Below are positions 47,729 to 60,188 of a DNA stretch of 64,000 bases, piece by piece. This stretch comes from Camelus dromedarius (Eukaryota). The notes under the pieces are model-generated. The model worked only from the letters and a program-made list of their open reading frames with translations, ran no database searches and was not told the DNA's origin. How positions within the stretch are numbered: the first letter of the stretch is position 1; the number at the start of each line of letters is the position of its first letter. The stretch covers positions 22,880,001 through 22,944,000 of the forward strand of contig NC_087436.1 of assembly GCF_036321535.1 (NCBI RefSeq), read 5' to 3'. The position numbers and the translations under genes are program-made.

Positions 47729-49829
47729 AGTATGATAAAATATTGTGTGTTATATTTTATGAGTCTTTTATTTCTGATGTTTTTTCCTGTGTAGTGGCCG
47801 CTGTGCTCTTTAGGCAAAGTGAGCCTACATTTACCAGGGTTCCTTTGAAGCAGTGATAAGAATTTCTTGACATTTTTCTTTGAGACTCTGTAGCTAATTT
47901 TCTCTGAGACAAGTCAGATTTCTTTTACAATGAGTTCAGTGGCATTTTCTCACTAATGTGTATTGTGTTCATATCTCCCATCTTTTAGAAGAGCCATATT
48001 GCGTTTTGTTTATTGTGGACCATACTGGGCTTAAAATAGTATATACCACTAGTCTGATTATTTTTAAAAGTTACTTCATTTGCTCCCATATAAATACTAG
48101 GAAATATCTAGCATTCATGAGTTCCTTTTCCCAAGCATTCTGTTCTTTAAGAGTGTATTCTATTTGTCCCCAAGATGTGAGCAGATAGCTCACTAGCTCA
48201 AAGTGTATTTCCTGAAATGGTATGGAAAGGATAATGAAACCTCCATGCTGTCGTAAAAGATGAAAATTTAGGCCAGCATCTCTGTGGGGCTTTATGTGAA
48301 TGTACATCCATGCTGTAGCAGCATATGAGAGCTGACACGAAGCATCATCTTTTTTCCTTTTGGATTTCTCATAGCTTGATATAATTTACACTACTAAATA
48401 ACACAGATAAAAGGCCAAAACCCCTACATACCACTGCCTATATTTCCTCTTGATATTTATGTTAATTTTCAGATTTATCTATCACATATTTGACAATTAG
48501 CCATAGTAACCCACAGTAACCATAGTAAATACTATGGACAATTACCTGTAATGATGCATGGAGTCTCCTAAGCTAAAATAGATTTTAATATAATAGTGTT
48601 TTATGGCCAGCTTTCTCAGTCATGAAGATGAATGTGTTTTCAGTAAAACAGAATGATTGGAATTGAAATATAAGCTACTTACAAAAAAGGTATGATGCAG
48701 TGAAGCTTTAATAAAATCTTAAATCCAGATTATTCCTTTTTTCATCTTACAATCAAATAAGTTACTTGGAGATGTTAGTGCTACTTGTTCACATAGCAAA
48801 GGATATATATTTAGAGTTTTGTAATATTAAGTAAACAAGTTTTATTATGAATTTTTATTTTAATTTTAATCAAATACTTTTATTCTCTGAAAATTAAAAA
48901 AAAAATTGGCTAAGAATATTAGAAACCAAAGGTATGAACACTAAAGATGTTAAAGTTGTGTATCTTATTCTAAGGTGTGATAACATAGATAAAAGATGAT
49001 TTCTTATAATCTTGTGAACTTTCCCCAAATAGCCAGATTCTGTACATCTCAGATTTCCACGTAATTTACCTCAGCTTTCCATCTTACTTTGCCTATACAG
49101 GGAAAGCTAAAATTTCAACCAGAATTCTTAATTAATAATTGATGATATTCAACAGAAACTTCTGCAATGTTAGGAAAAGGTTACTGCAAAAAATATGAAA
49201 CTGCAACTTGGATGAATTCTAAAGAGAAATGCAGGAAATTTGGCCCTGGGATAAAACCGTTAAACTTCTGATGAAGTTTACACACTTTTGTTAAATTAAA
49301 AAAAAAAAAAAGGTGACTCTGTGACTGAAAACAAATCAGCAAGAGAACTTTCCATTCGATGACTGATCAGTCAGTTTTGTTTCAACCTAGTATACTTAGA
49401 CTTTTTGGAAATGATGCAAAACCCAAATCATTGAGATTTGTATCCAGAAAGGGTCAAAGTATCACAGAATACAGGTGAGGACCCTCAAGAATAAGTGATT
49501 TGGCTGAATGTGTGGTCCCCTGGCTGGTTTGTTGGTGGCCAGGGAAGTCCCAGTGGGAAGGGGGGTGACTCAGAAGGAATGGGGACAGCAGGGCAGACTT
49601 TGTAGCCAAAGGAAGATGGTGGGTTTAAAGTAGGGAGAGCAGAACAAACCACTCAAGCTGGGGCAGGGGCGAAATGTTGTCCCCTGTTGCTCACAAAGCT
49701 TTGTAGAGAAGCCTAACACGACCAAACTCACTGAGTTCTGAGGGGGGCTAGATGACAGTCCTCTGCAGATGTTGAATGGTATTTAGTCTTCTGTTCTCTA
49801 AAACCCCCCTAGATGCCATTAACACAGTC

Positions 49830-49960
49830 AGCAATTCATCCATTCAGTCATTCTGTACATTTTCATCACATGTCAGCTCTGTGACAAGCACTGGGACCTC
49901 AACACCCATAAAGACCCAGTTGCTGCCTTTAAGAAGCTTGTACAGTTTAGCAGTGGGCAT
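49830..49960 (-). mobile_element. L2 3' end fragment
   Basis: attcatccattcagtcattc...ctgtgacaagcactggg...tgctgcctttaagaagcttgtacagtttag. Confidence 0.6.
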
Positions 49961-49987
49961 GACTGTGGTGATGGGAAGACCTAGTGG

Positions 49988-50225
49988 TTAACGTTTATGA
50001 AGTATGTTACCATATACTGGTGCTGTGCTAAATACGTAACCTACAATGTTTACTAATCTTCACAATAATCCTATGATGTAGCTACTGGGTTCCCCCAACT
50101 TCACAGATGAGGAAATTGAGGCATAGCACAGTTGAGTGAGACTCTTTGAAACCCATGGAGGCTGGACTGAGACACGGGACAGTCTGGCTCCAAATGCAGG
50201 CCCTTCATGTTGCTACATGGAACTG
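49988..50225 (-). mobile_element. MIR SINE
   Basis: taatcttcacaataatcctatgatgtag...tcacagatgaggaaattgaggcatag...cagtctggctcca. Confidence 0.85.
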
Positions 50226-52789
50226 CCAAACAGGATGGAAATCTGTGCAGCTGTTACACGTGATGCCAGTCATTATGTATTGACCGAAATACATTTGCGA
50301 CATATCTCGTGGGAAAAGGCAGACCAAAAATCAGAGGGCATATCATACTCTCAAGTTTAAAAAGCTGCCAGAATATTCACAGTATTATTCCTGGTGAGGC
50401 TGAGCCTTCCTCCTCCTCCCACTCTTCCCTCTACTTCCCCCCTTCCTCCCTTTCTTCTTCCTTTGTATATTTCCCAAACAACTACAGTGAGTATGTAGTA
50501 ATTTTACAATAGGAAACCTGTTATTGAAGGTTTCCTTGGGACCACATCTTCAATTATAGACATACTAGATGTTCAGTCATCTTAATAGGAATGAATCTAT
50601 TTAGTATATTAAGATCAGAATACAGATTGTGTGTCCACATTTTATTGACAAGGTATACCTTTTATTTTGTGCACAGATTTGTTTCATCAGGTAGCTCATG
50701 GGATACTGCCACAGTGGGTTCCAATCGTTGCTTAAAGTTAAGTATTTCAGTTGTGTCAAAGGGCAAACGATGCTGTATTGAATTAGGAGAAATCACTGGG
50801 AGTTTGCAGTCCTGCACGGTAGAGTTGCGTCTTCATGCCCACCGCTTTCAGAGCAAAAGGGTTTTGGTGCTGTTGGAGGGTTAGGAGGTCAGATACCAGG
50901 CTTTGTTGTAGGCACTGCTGTTGCATGTAGCAGGGTTATCACGGCACAGGGAAGTTGCCTGGGAGGCAGTGGGGCTGGTCAACAGGAAAAATGCGTATCG
51001 AGAGCGGAGGTGGTGGTCTGGCAGCTCAGTGACTGTCCAGCAGGACTTTCATGGGCACTTACTGTGTTTTAAGGGATCAGAGAGGTAGTCATCAAGCAGA
51101 CTGTTCCTGCAAACAGAGAAAGCAAACTAAGCATTGTGCTCTTACTTACCTTAACGTGAGGTATTTGCTTTATAGTTTTTTTAAAAAAAGGAAGTGAATA
51201 CTGACCAGTTTCTTTTGATTCCTCTGCATGTGACTGAATTGCTTACTCTCGGAGTAATGAGAACAAATTTGCCAAACAAATCACAACTTTATTCTAAAAC
51301 CAAACAGAATGACTTTTCAGTAATCTGTTTTCAGTCATCAGTCCCCTTGTGATTCTTGATTAGGAACTATAATTAGTTGTTTCTGTCACCATCATCATGT
51401 CTGGGTGGCTAGAAACACCCAGCTGGGGAATCTAAATGGTTGAGATACCTAATCCTGTATTATTTTTTAATCAAATAACCCACTTTGGCTCTCAGAGCCT
51501 CCAGTTGGACAATGCTTAATTTTGACACCTACATCAGTGGTTGTGATATGTTGATTTCTTTCATGTATAGAATTAAACTACAAATTTCACATTGACAAAC
51601 AAAATTTTTTTTTTGTCGGTGCTCTGATCAAGAGTGTAACAGCAATGCCATCAAATGTATTGAAATTTAAGGAATAGCATTCAATTCCATTTTCTCTAGA
51701 GCCAGTAGGATTTTGGAAAATCTTGTATTGATATGAATGAACACATGTTGGCCAAAGAAATCTTACTGTCTTTTTGTAAGAATACTGTCTTTCAAAAAGG
51801 TAATTTTTTAAAGAATATTTCAGAATACTGGGCATATTTATAAAAGCTAGGGTAGCTTAGTCACATAAGGAAATATTTAATATTTTTCAACATCTTTATA
51901 TAGGGGAAACCAAACTGAAATGATAGTTGTTTTAATTGTTCAACTAATGTTTTTTAATGAATGTTTTCTCTTTTTATAAGTATATTGCTAATATGTATTA
52001 ATTGCATATAGATAAAATCAATTCATTTATGGAGAAGGAACAAACTCTTAACGTCCCCACTCAAACATAACCACTGTGAACCCTTTTGGTCATATCCTTC
52101 CAGACTTTAACTAAATTATTTTAAAATTATTTTTATATATAATGCAAAAATTATACATATAATTTTAACTATTTAGAACATAATTGAGATATAACTTATA
52201 ATTATACAAATATAATTTTTTAGGTAAGAATTAACATGTTGAAGGCCTATCATAGTCCGCACACTGATATACGTAAATTCTAAGTACTCTTGTTCCAAAA
52301 TGAAACTCAAAGCTAAAATTGAATACAGTGGACACTTCTATTTTAAGGGCCCGGGCAGGTGTTTAGGTATTATTTTGAAATTTATGTTAACAACAACTGT
52401 AAAAATAGCTGCTTTCACAGATATATGTTTATATCTTGTTTCTAGAAAATGTAGCATGTGAAAAATCACAGTTTCTTAAAATATGTTGTGTAGAAAGATT
52501 CCCTTCTTTATCAAGGGCTATTAATAGGAGATTTTAAAATAGTAGTATAGTATACTACATTACTTTTAAAATATGATCCAAGAAAAAAATAACTTACGCA
52601 GAATTTGGGGTCAACAATTACATTGTATAAAGAGAGGAACACCTTAATTATAATTAATTGCTCTGGCAAATTAGTGCTAAGTCCAGTTCCTGACACAAGC
52701 ATTTAGTTAATGCTGACACAAAATGCACTATGTTTTCCTTAAAATGTGCATCTGTGCATGGGGTATATGAGTAAAACATTTCTTAAAAT

Positions 52790-53990
52790 ATGAATTCTTG
52801 ATCTTTTTTTTAAATTGTGCATTCTGTGTCTCTGGATCTTTTAAAATTAATTTTGGAAAACCCTCAGACATTATACCTTCAAATACTGCCTCTTTTCTGT
52901 CTAGCTTCTCTTTTGAGGCTCTCTTTAGGCACATGTTAGACCATCTCATGCTCTGTCTTCCACATCGCTTAACCTCTTTTGCAAATATTCTGTCTCCAGG
53001 TCTCTGTGCTGCATTCTGAGTAATTTCTTCTGGTCCGTTATTCTTTACTTATTCTATCTTCAACTGTGTTTAAATGATTACTTAATCTTGAGGGCCCACT
53101 GTACCCAATTTTAGCACTGGAGGGTTTTTTTATGAGCAGCTTGAACTGTTTGTTAAAAATTAATACCTTATTATTCTTTAGATGTCTTTTGAACTATAAA
53201 GGAAAATTTTACTAATTTTTTATAGATTAAAACTCATTCTCTCTTGAAACTATTAAATGGGTACATGGAATCATTTATCACTTTACTCTTCTATGGAGTA
53301 TTTATTAAGATAACTTAAAAATATAAGCAGTGAAAGGATCCATTGGACTCAAATGGTAAGTGGTGATGAGTATTTTTTTTTTCTGACATATTCCAGATTA
53401 AACATCAGCAGAGTATTTTTATTTCAATAGTTAATTTTCTTTCCAACAGTTCCATTTCTCAATCCCTGATCATTTTTTAATCACTTCTTGCTTGCTTATT
53501 TGGGGCATTCAAAATTTTTTACTTTTTTTGAAGCATTCTATAGTCAGTTTTTATTCCAACACATGAAGTACTTGTTGTCTGAGTTCTTTGTTGTTTCTGC
53601 TGATTCTTACTCACGGTAGAGTTCAGATTTGGTTGATACTAAACTGAAAAATTAGAGGGCTGATGTTGAAGGTCACTTTTCCCCAGAGATTCCTTGTGTT
53701 TGTCATCAGGACTTGCTACTCAGGGCCACTTTAGCCCCTGCCCAGCATCTCAGGTTTAATCGAGGTTCTCTGGCTGTCCTCTGCCACCTTGGTGCCACCT
53801 CGCATCCCAGGCTCCCATTGAATCGCTGACAGTAGCATGCACGCTCAGGAAAACACCCCTTTTTCAAGCCCTGAGGTATCTTTTATTTTTGCCTCAGAGA
53901 TTTCTCTTACATCCTTTGAGTTCAGAGGTGCAATAAAACTTTTTCATGCTAGTTGTGTTATATTTGAGAAGACCCTTCAGAGCATCTAAA
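52790..53990 (-). mobile_element. HAL1/L1ME-like ORF1 and 5' region relic
   Basis: Minus-strand ORF 52728-52949 MRWSNM...EAVFEGIMSEGFPKL..DPETQNAQ resembles L1 ORF1p RRSNI...EAIFEEIMAENFP.L...QEAQ. Confidence 0.65.
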
Positions 53991-55363
53991 TTACCACTCT
54001 CTTGGAAGTAGAATTATATAGCATCATGTAACTTTTGACATTATAACATCCCTTGAACATAGTTTGAGAGAAAATCAAGAAACCAGTGCCCCAAACCACA
54101 GCTGATTGTGTTGCTGGAGGACCAGATGGAGACAGGCTGCCACCCTGCCTATAAGCTAGTGAACACAATGCACCATTAGCTTGAGTGTTCCTTGGGGATT
54201 GCTGCATATCTAAAGAGATTAGCTTCTAACCAGTTCATGGAGTGGATGGCCAAGGGAAGTAGAGCTGATCATGCTTGCGTTTTGTGATCTGCACATCTTC
54301 ACTGTAGAGGCGTGGTCTCAATGTGCCTAGCACCAACCAGTGGCATTGGGCCCCTGGCACTGAAGAATATTTTATTACCCAAGGTGGTCAAGTGAAATTA
54401 CAAAACTTCCAGGATTGGTTCCTTCATCCCGATGAGGTTAACCATAAAACTAAATAATCTTCATTTCCCATTGCCTGCAGGAAGCTAGATTTAGTCATTA
54501 TTCCCAAGGCCCTCCATCTTTATTAAAATATCCTACTACTCTTCCAAAGCATTTTTTAATTACCAGCTGCTCAACTGAAAACTACGGTCAGAGCTGTTTC
54601 ACTTTAATTGTGCTCTTCAATAATAATAACCTTGACGTTTCTCCTTCACGAGTATTTTAAAGTAATGGTGTTTTATAAAATGTCACAGGTTTTTTAACTC
54701 CAGTTTTATTCCCCATTATCACATTTGCTTCAAGGATGTTTCGGGTGCTCTGTATGATTTATAGTTCCAATTTGATGTGTGCGCCCACCTCATCCTTTTA
54801 TTGTGTTAGTACCTAATACAGTTCAGAGCTAGGCCTCCCTCATATTTCTCAGTAACAGATAATTCTTGCTTATTAGATTTTGAAGCTTGCAGATTCACTA
54901 TCATACCTCTCCTGAGCAATTTATCCAAAGAGAGAGGTGGCTACTTGTGCCTTTACTATCAGCACATTAGCTTTGCAGAGGGAGCTAAGGTGGGGAAAAG
55001 GCCTGACTTGACATTCAGTTGTGCTCTATTAAATGGCCAATATCTAGTGTGTGTGGACCCGTATGAGGTTGTGGAGCATGAACGGAAGTGTGAGTTAGTA
55101 TAAATCACACTCCCACCTAAGTGTCTTTGGTTATGCATCCAAAGTTACCACTTCTCTTATCATAGCATTACAACCCATTTGTGCTCCTCCTATTATATGT
55201 GGGCTAAAGGGAAATTAAGATGTTCCTACCATTTGACCCAGTCCTCCCACTCCTTTGAATTTATCCAAGGAAGCTGTCCAATAGCATTTTTTTAAATCCA
55301 TAATTCTGTGCAAACGATGGGTATTACAGCGTTTTCTTTGACAAAAAGGAACAGACATTGTTT

Positions 55364-55440
55364 TTTCATTATTTCTTTTAATTGAAGTATGGTTGGCTTA
55401 CAATGTTGTGTTAATTTGTGGTGTACAGCATATGATTCAG

Positions 55441-55504
<64 letters not shown>

Positions 55505-55667
55505 TCTTTTCATTGTACAAGATTTTGACTGTAGTTCCCTGTCCTAGCAGTAGGACCTTGTTAATCTATTTTATATAGAGTAGTTAGTATCTGCAAATCT
55601 CAAACTCCCAGTTTTTACCACCACCCACCCCCTTCCCCCCTCGTAACCCCAAGTTTGGTTTCTGTGT
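55364..55667 (-). mobile_element. 5'-truncated younger L1 3' UTR with TSD
   Basis: TSD ggaacagacattgttt 55348-55363 / ggaacagatattattt 55668-55683; tatctgcaaatctcaaactccca is shared with the 30611 copy. Confidence 0.95.
55443..55500. repeat. (AT)29 microsatellite within the L1 3' UTR
   Basis: Read directly. Confidence 0.95.
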
Positions 55668-56844
55668 GGAACAGATATTATTTAAATGCCTAATATTTTA
55701 CCAAATTAGGAGGCATCAATTTGATGAAGTAAGACGCAGACATTTAAGTCATCGTGGTGACTGTAGAGACTTAGGGGGACACTTGGATGCATGGTAAGTG
55801 AACAAAATAGAAGACAGAACTGAATATACACAATAATGATAGCCTGACAAATCTGTAGACATATAAACATATATTAGACAGGAAAATATAAAAATGAAAA
55901 GAATTGTATAAACTTTGGGAAATATAGATAATTCTGTTCATTTGAAATATTTCCCTTAAATGTCATTATGTGGTTTTTGCAGCAGACGTGTGATTTGTTT
56001 TTTTAAGGAGTGAAGAAAAAAAGTGTAGATAAATATAGTCCACCTCAATTGTCTCACAGACCAGGTGCCTGCAGCATTTTTGTACTGCCTGGTGAGAGAG
56101 AGCTTTCAGAGTGTTGTTAAAGGGACCACATTTTAAACAGATCTTCCTTTGGAGGGAGAGAGCATTTTGAAGAGGCAGCTTTAGCAGAGAAAATGAGGCT
56201 AGATCATTTATCTTATTTTCTTTTTCATTTTTATCACCATTGACTGATTTAATCTTTTCCCATGCCTACCCCTCATAGCTAAATGCCAAAGACACTCCCT
56301 TACTCCCTGTCCAGAGCTCCACTCCAGCCAGGGAAACTGATCTAATCTGCAGGCTTACACAGTTGAAAGACTTCCATGAGATCTTCCTTAAAATCACTTT
56401 TCTTTCCCATTATATACACCAATTTAAATGTCATCTCTTGTCCTGTTTTGAAACCTGCCTAAACAGTCATTTTCCTTAGGGAGCTATCTGATGTGGACCC
56501 ATCCTATACCCAGCCCTGCCTTATCATCCACCAACTCTCATTGCTCCCTTAGCTTAAGATTCCCAGCTTTACTTGTGGTTTTGCAAACATCCGTTTCATG
56601 CATTTCATGAATTTCAGTGCATGTCCTTAAGTCGACATAATGCACGTCTACTCTGATTCCTCGTTCTAGTTACACTGACAAAGGCGGGCACCCTGCTTAT
56701 TTTCCTTGCCTATTTGCACAGTCTTCAGAAGAGTGATCTCCACTGAGTGTGTATCAGGAAATACCGTCAGCTGACTCAGAAACGCGTAAATTTTAAGAGG
56801 GCGGATGCTAAGTGTTCATTTTCAAAGGAGTAGCGATCATGAAA

Positions 56845-57005
56845 ACAGTAACTTTTTTTGAGGACTTGCTCTAGGACATGCACTGGGTGAAACACTTTCC
56901 ATTTATTATTTAATTTATTCCTAACTGCAACCTGATTAGATGATGGTGCTGCTATCCAAGTTTTGCAGCCAAGGAAACCGAGGCATAGAGCAGCTAAGCA
57001 AGGAA
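56845..57005 (-). mobile_element. MIR fragment
   Basis: ttttgcagccaaggaaaccgaggcatagagcagctaagcaa. Confidence 0.65.
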
Positions 57006-57094
57006 ATAAATGACTGAGAGGGTGATGCAGGCTCCCAGATCACCCGTTAGATGGCAAAAATCGCCACCGCTGGAGTCGAACGGGATGGTGGAAA

Positions 57095-57262
57095 GGTTTG
57101 ATTTCATGTCAGTATTTCAAAACTTGAGAGATTCCACATAACACCTGAGTTTTGGCATTTTTTTGAAAAATAGAGAAGTCTGGCAACAATTTGCTGGAGT
57201 TGAGTAGAATCTGTTCCTTTAGCAGGGAAATAGACTCCCCTCCGCCCCCAGCCTGCCACAGG
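57095..57262 (+). mobile_element. MER102-like hAT-Charlie fragment
   Basis: gagagattccacataaca...gaaaaatagagaagtctggcaacaatttgctggagttgagtag; similar to 20120-20330. Confidence 0.6.
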
Positions 57263-57839
57263 GGGGCTCGAGTCACTTAGAATTTTATCGTACTACTTAA
57301 TATTTAAAGGTTTTTCTGTTAATGTGAAATCTTGCTTTACTTAGGGGTTTCTGATTGTTTAGTATTTGTAACTTTGAGGAGGGAAAGTTAATGTGAAATC
57401 CCAAATGGTTAAAGAATTTGAAGTTCCATCAGTTCCTATGAAATAGACTCAGTGAACATAACCACTGAAGTAAAAGGTTGTCATAAAGTGGTGGATAGAA
57501 ATGGAAGCAGTTTGACTAAGGAAAAGTTTAGCTTTGCTTAAAATCTCCAAAAAAATTCTGTTGGTCTCCTTATTATGCCAGAGTTTAATATTCCTTATGT
57601 TTTGTTTAAAAAAATAGCACTACCAAAATAATAATTTACAAACACAACCATGATGGTATCACATCCCTACTTAGTAGCCTTTACTGGTTCCTCACCACCT
57701 TCTGGGAAAGGTCAAAACTTTGCTTAGCTCACCAGGGCTCTCGTGATCTGGCCTGTATGATCTCCTCCCATTAAAATGCTTTAAACTAGGAGTACTGGAA
57801 ATGTAATCTAAGTAGTTATTGTATTAGTGAAGTAGTCTG

Positions 57840-59390
57840 GAGAAGTTTAAATTTTGGATAGACGGGCTGGGTAAGACTTCAATAAGGAAGTGCGTTTGAG
57901 GAATATGAAGGAGCCACCCAGGTGCCTATCTGAGGAATGACGTTCTAGGTAGAAGAAAGAAGTGCAAAGGCCCTGAGGCAGTAGCATGTCTGACTTGTTG
58001 GAGACACAGAGGGGAGCCCAATGTGGCTGGAGAAGCAGTGACAGATGAGATCAGAGAGAGAACAAGTAGCCACGTCAGGCCCTTAGATCTGATGACCTCT
58101 AGGTGTCATGGAAGCCCTTGGATGGTTTTGAATAAGGCAATGACATGATCTCACCTAAATGTTTTAACAAAAGCACCCTGGCTCTGGGGCTGTTATAACT
58201 TGAAAAAAAGCAAGGAGAAAGAGAGGGAGGTCAGTTAAGAGGCTTTTGCAATAATACATATAAGAGATAATGCCAGCTCAGACCAGGATGGTGGAAATGG
58301 AGATGAGAAGAGATATGATTCTAGGTATCATTTGAAGGATGAATCAATACATTTTATTAACAGACCAGATATGGAGCATAAGGAAAAGAGTAACATCAGA
58401 GATGAGATTAAGGTTTTGGGTCTGACCAGAAAAATTAATATTAACTGAGCTAGGGAGGATTGAGGAGGAGGATGTTTTAGGGGTGGCAAGCAAGGAGTTC
58501 TGCTTGAGACAAGTTGAGTTTGAGATGCCTGTTTGATATCCAAGGGAGATGACAAGCAGAAAATTGGATAGATAAGTCTGGAGTTCAGGCGGAAGGTAGA
58601 AATTTGGGAGTTATCAGCAGGTAGGTGTTATTTAAAGCTGTGATTTTTGCTGAGAACACCAGGATATTGAGACCAGAGATGCTCCAGCCAGGCTCAGAGG
58701 TCAGGGAGATGAGAGGGTGATGGAGAAGGAGCAGCCAGAGAAGGACAGAAAATTAAGCACTCTTCTGATGTTCTAGAGCTTTGGCAGGGGAAAGGATTTA
58801 AAGAAGAAAGAGTGGGCAATGGCTGATGATAACTCACAGTTGAGAAGACTTGACCATTGGATTTAGCAAGTAGAAGTGACAGGCAAACTTGAGAGGAGCC
58901 GGCAAGGTCCCTGCTCTCTTGGAACTTACGTAATAGGAGGAATATAGACACAAGAAAGTTTGACAGATAAATATATAATATATATTGACAGGTAATGATA
59001 AATGCCCTAGGGGAAAAAAGAAGGTAGGGACATGAGATAATGACTGGATGCTCTTTTAGATAGGACAACCTCTCTAAAAAGTGATGTTTGAGCCCACATC
59101 TGAAGACTGGCATCCAGTGGGGAGGCACTTGGACAGCCCTATGGATTTTACAGACAACATCCCTCTGATTAGTCAGATGTTTGGACTAATTGGTTGTTTC
59201 CCCCAAGTGTGTCAGTTGTTGAATATTTTGCATATAACCTCTGGCTGAGCCATGTGAATATATGGGGAAAACAGTGTTCTAGGTGGGAGGAACAGCAAGG
59301 TCAAAAGGTCAGAGCCCCCAGAAGCAGGGCATGTTCACATGTATAAGAAACTGACCCAAAGCCAGTGGCTGGGGCACAGGGAGGCATGAC
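57840..59390 (-). mobile_element. L2 fragments (about 1.5 kb, more than one piece)
   Basis: gcaaaggccctgaggca, atgacatgatc, gtttgagatgcctgtttgatatccaagggagatg, ataagtctggagttcagg, gacttgaccattggatttagcaa, aaggtccctgctctcttggaactta. Confidence 0.85.
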
Positions 59391-60188
59391 GTCAGAGCTC
59401 TGCTGCTTTCAGGAAAGCTCTCCCAAAGACACACTCTGTTACCAAATAATGCTTATCTACCTTAAAAGGTTATCATTCACTGAGTATCTGTGTGTGTTAA
59501 TGTACAGTGCATGTGTATGTATATTAATATGAATCATGTATCACACACGTAAGTTTGCTCATTGCCAGTTGGAAGCAATGTCTCTCTGCATAGTTATTAC
59601 TTCTTCACATACCACTGTCTAATACTACAGTCATCAATTTTAGAGTCACATATTTCTAAAGAGAAAGGAAAATTAGAAAGGCTGAGTTTTGTCTTGAATA
59701 TTTTCTCACTGAAAGGGATTCTTATACAAGTCAAATAGCAGTGACCTTTCATAAAATTATAAACTCACCTAATTCCCTTTCTGAGAAATCTAGGTCTATA
59801 AACTCAACATTTTCTTTTGGGGTTTCTTCCAAACTCAAATATGTCAACTGGAAAATGCTTTTCTTCAGGCTTTAAGAACTTTTTGTCTTAAATCTATTTA
59901 TGTAATAAAAAAGAGGAAAAAATTAAATTATAATTAGAAAAATATTGACTCATAGTAAATATTCCAAACACTACAACTAGTTTCATTTATTTGTGCTTCC
60001 TTCTGATTTTTGTTTCAAACTTATAATAAGTGTATATAATTGTAATATATTATGCATATGTATATATTTATGTGTACATAGAAATATATATCTTTCAACT
60101 TTTCTCGTAATATTTTTAGAAATACTTCTCCATATATAATGGCAGTGTAATATTAAATATTTATAAATTAAAAATAATTTTTGTAGCT

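Noticed and set aside
49360..49373. Perfect 14-bp palindrome TGACTGATCAGTCA
   Set aside because: A few palindromes of this length are expected by chance in 64 kb (about 1 per 4^7 positions)
55292..55578. ORFs with IY/YI dipeptide repeats
   Set aside because: Translation of the (AT)n microsatellite in an L1 3' UTR
57250..57270. Second CTCF-like motif gccacaggggggctc
   Set aside because: Mismatches the conserved core positions (no YAG at the expected spacing) and lies at the edge of a MER102-like fragment
58694..59128. Longest ORF in the window (144 aa)
   Set aside because: Lies within L2 fragments, spans non-coding L2 3' sequence and shows no recognisable domain
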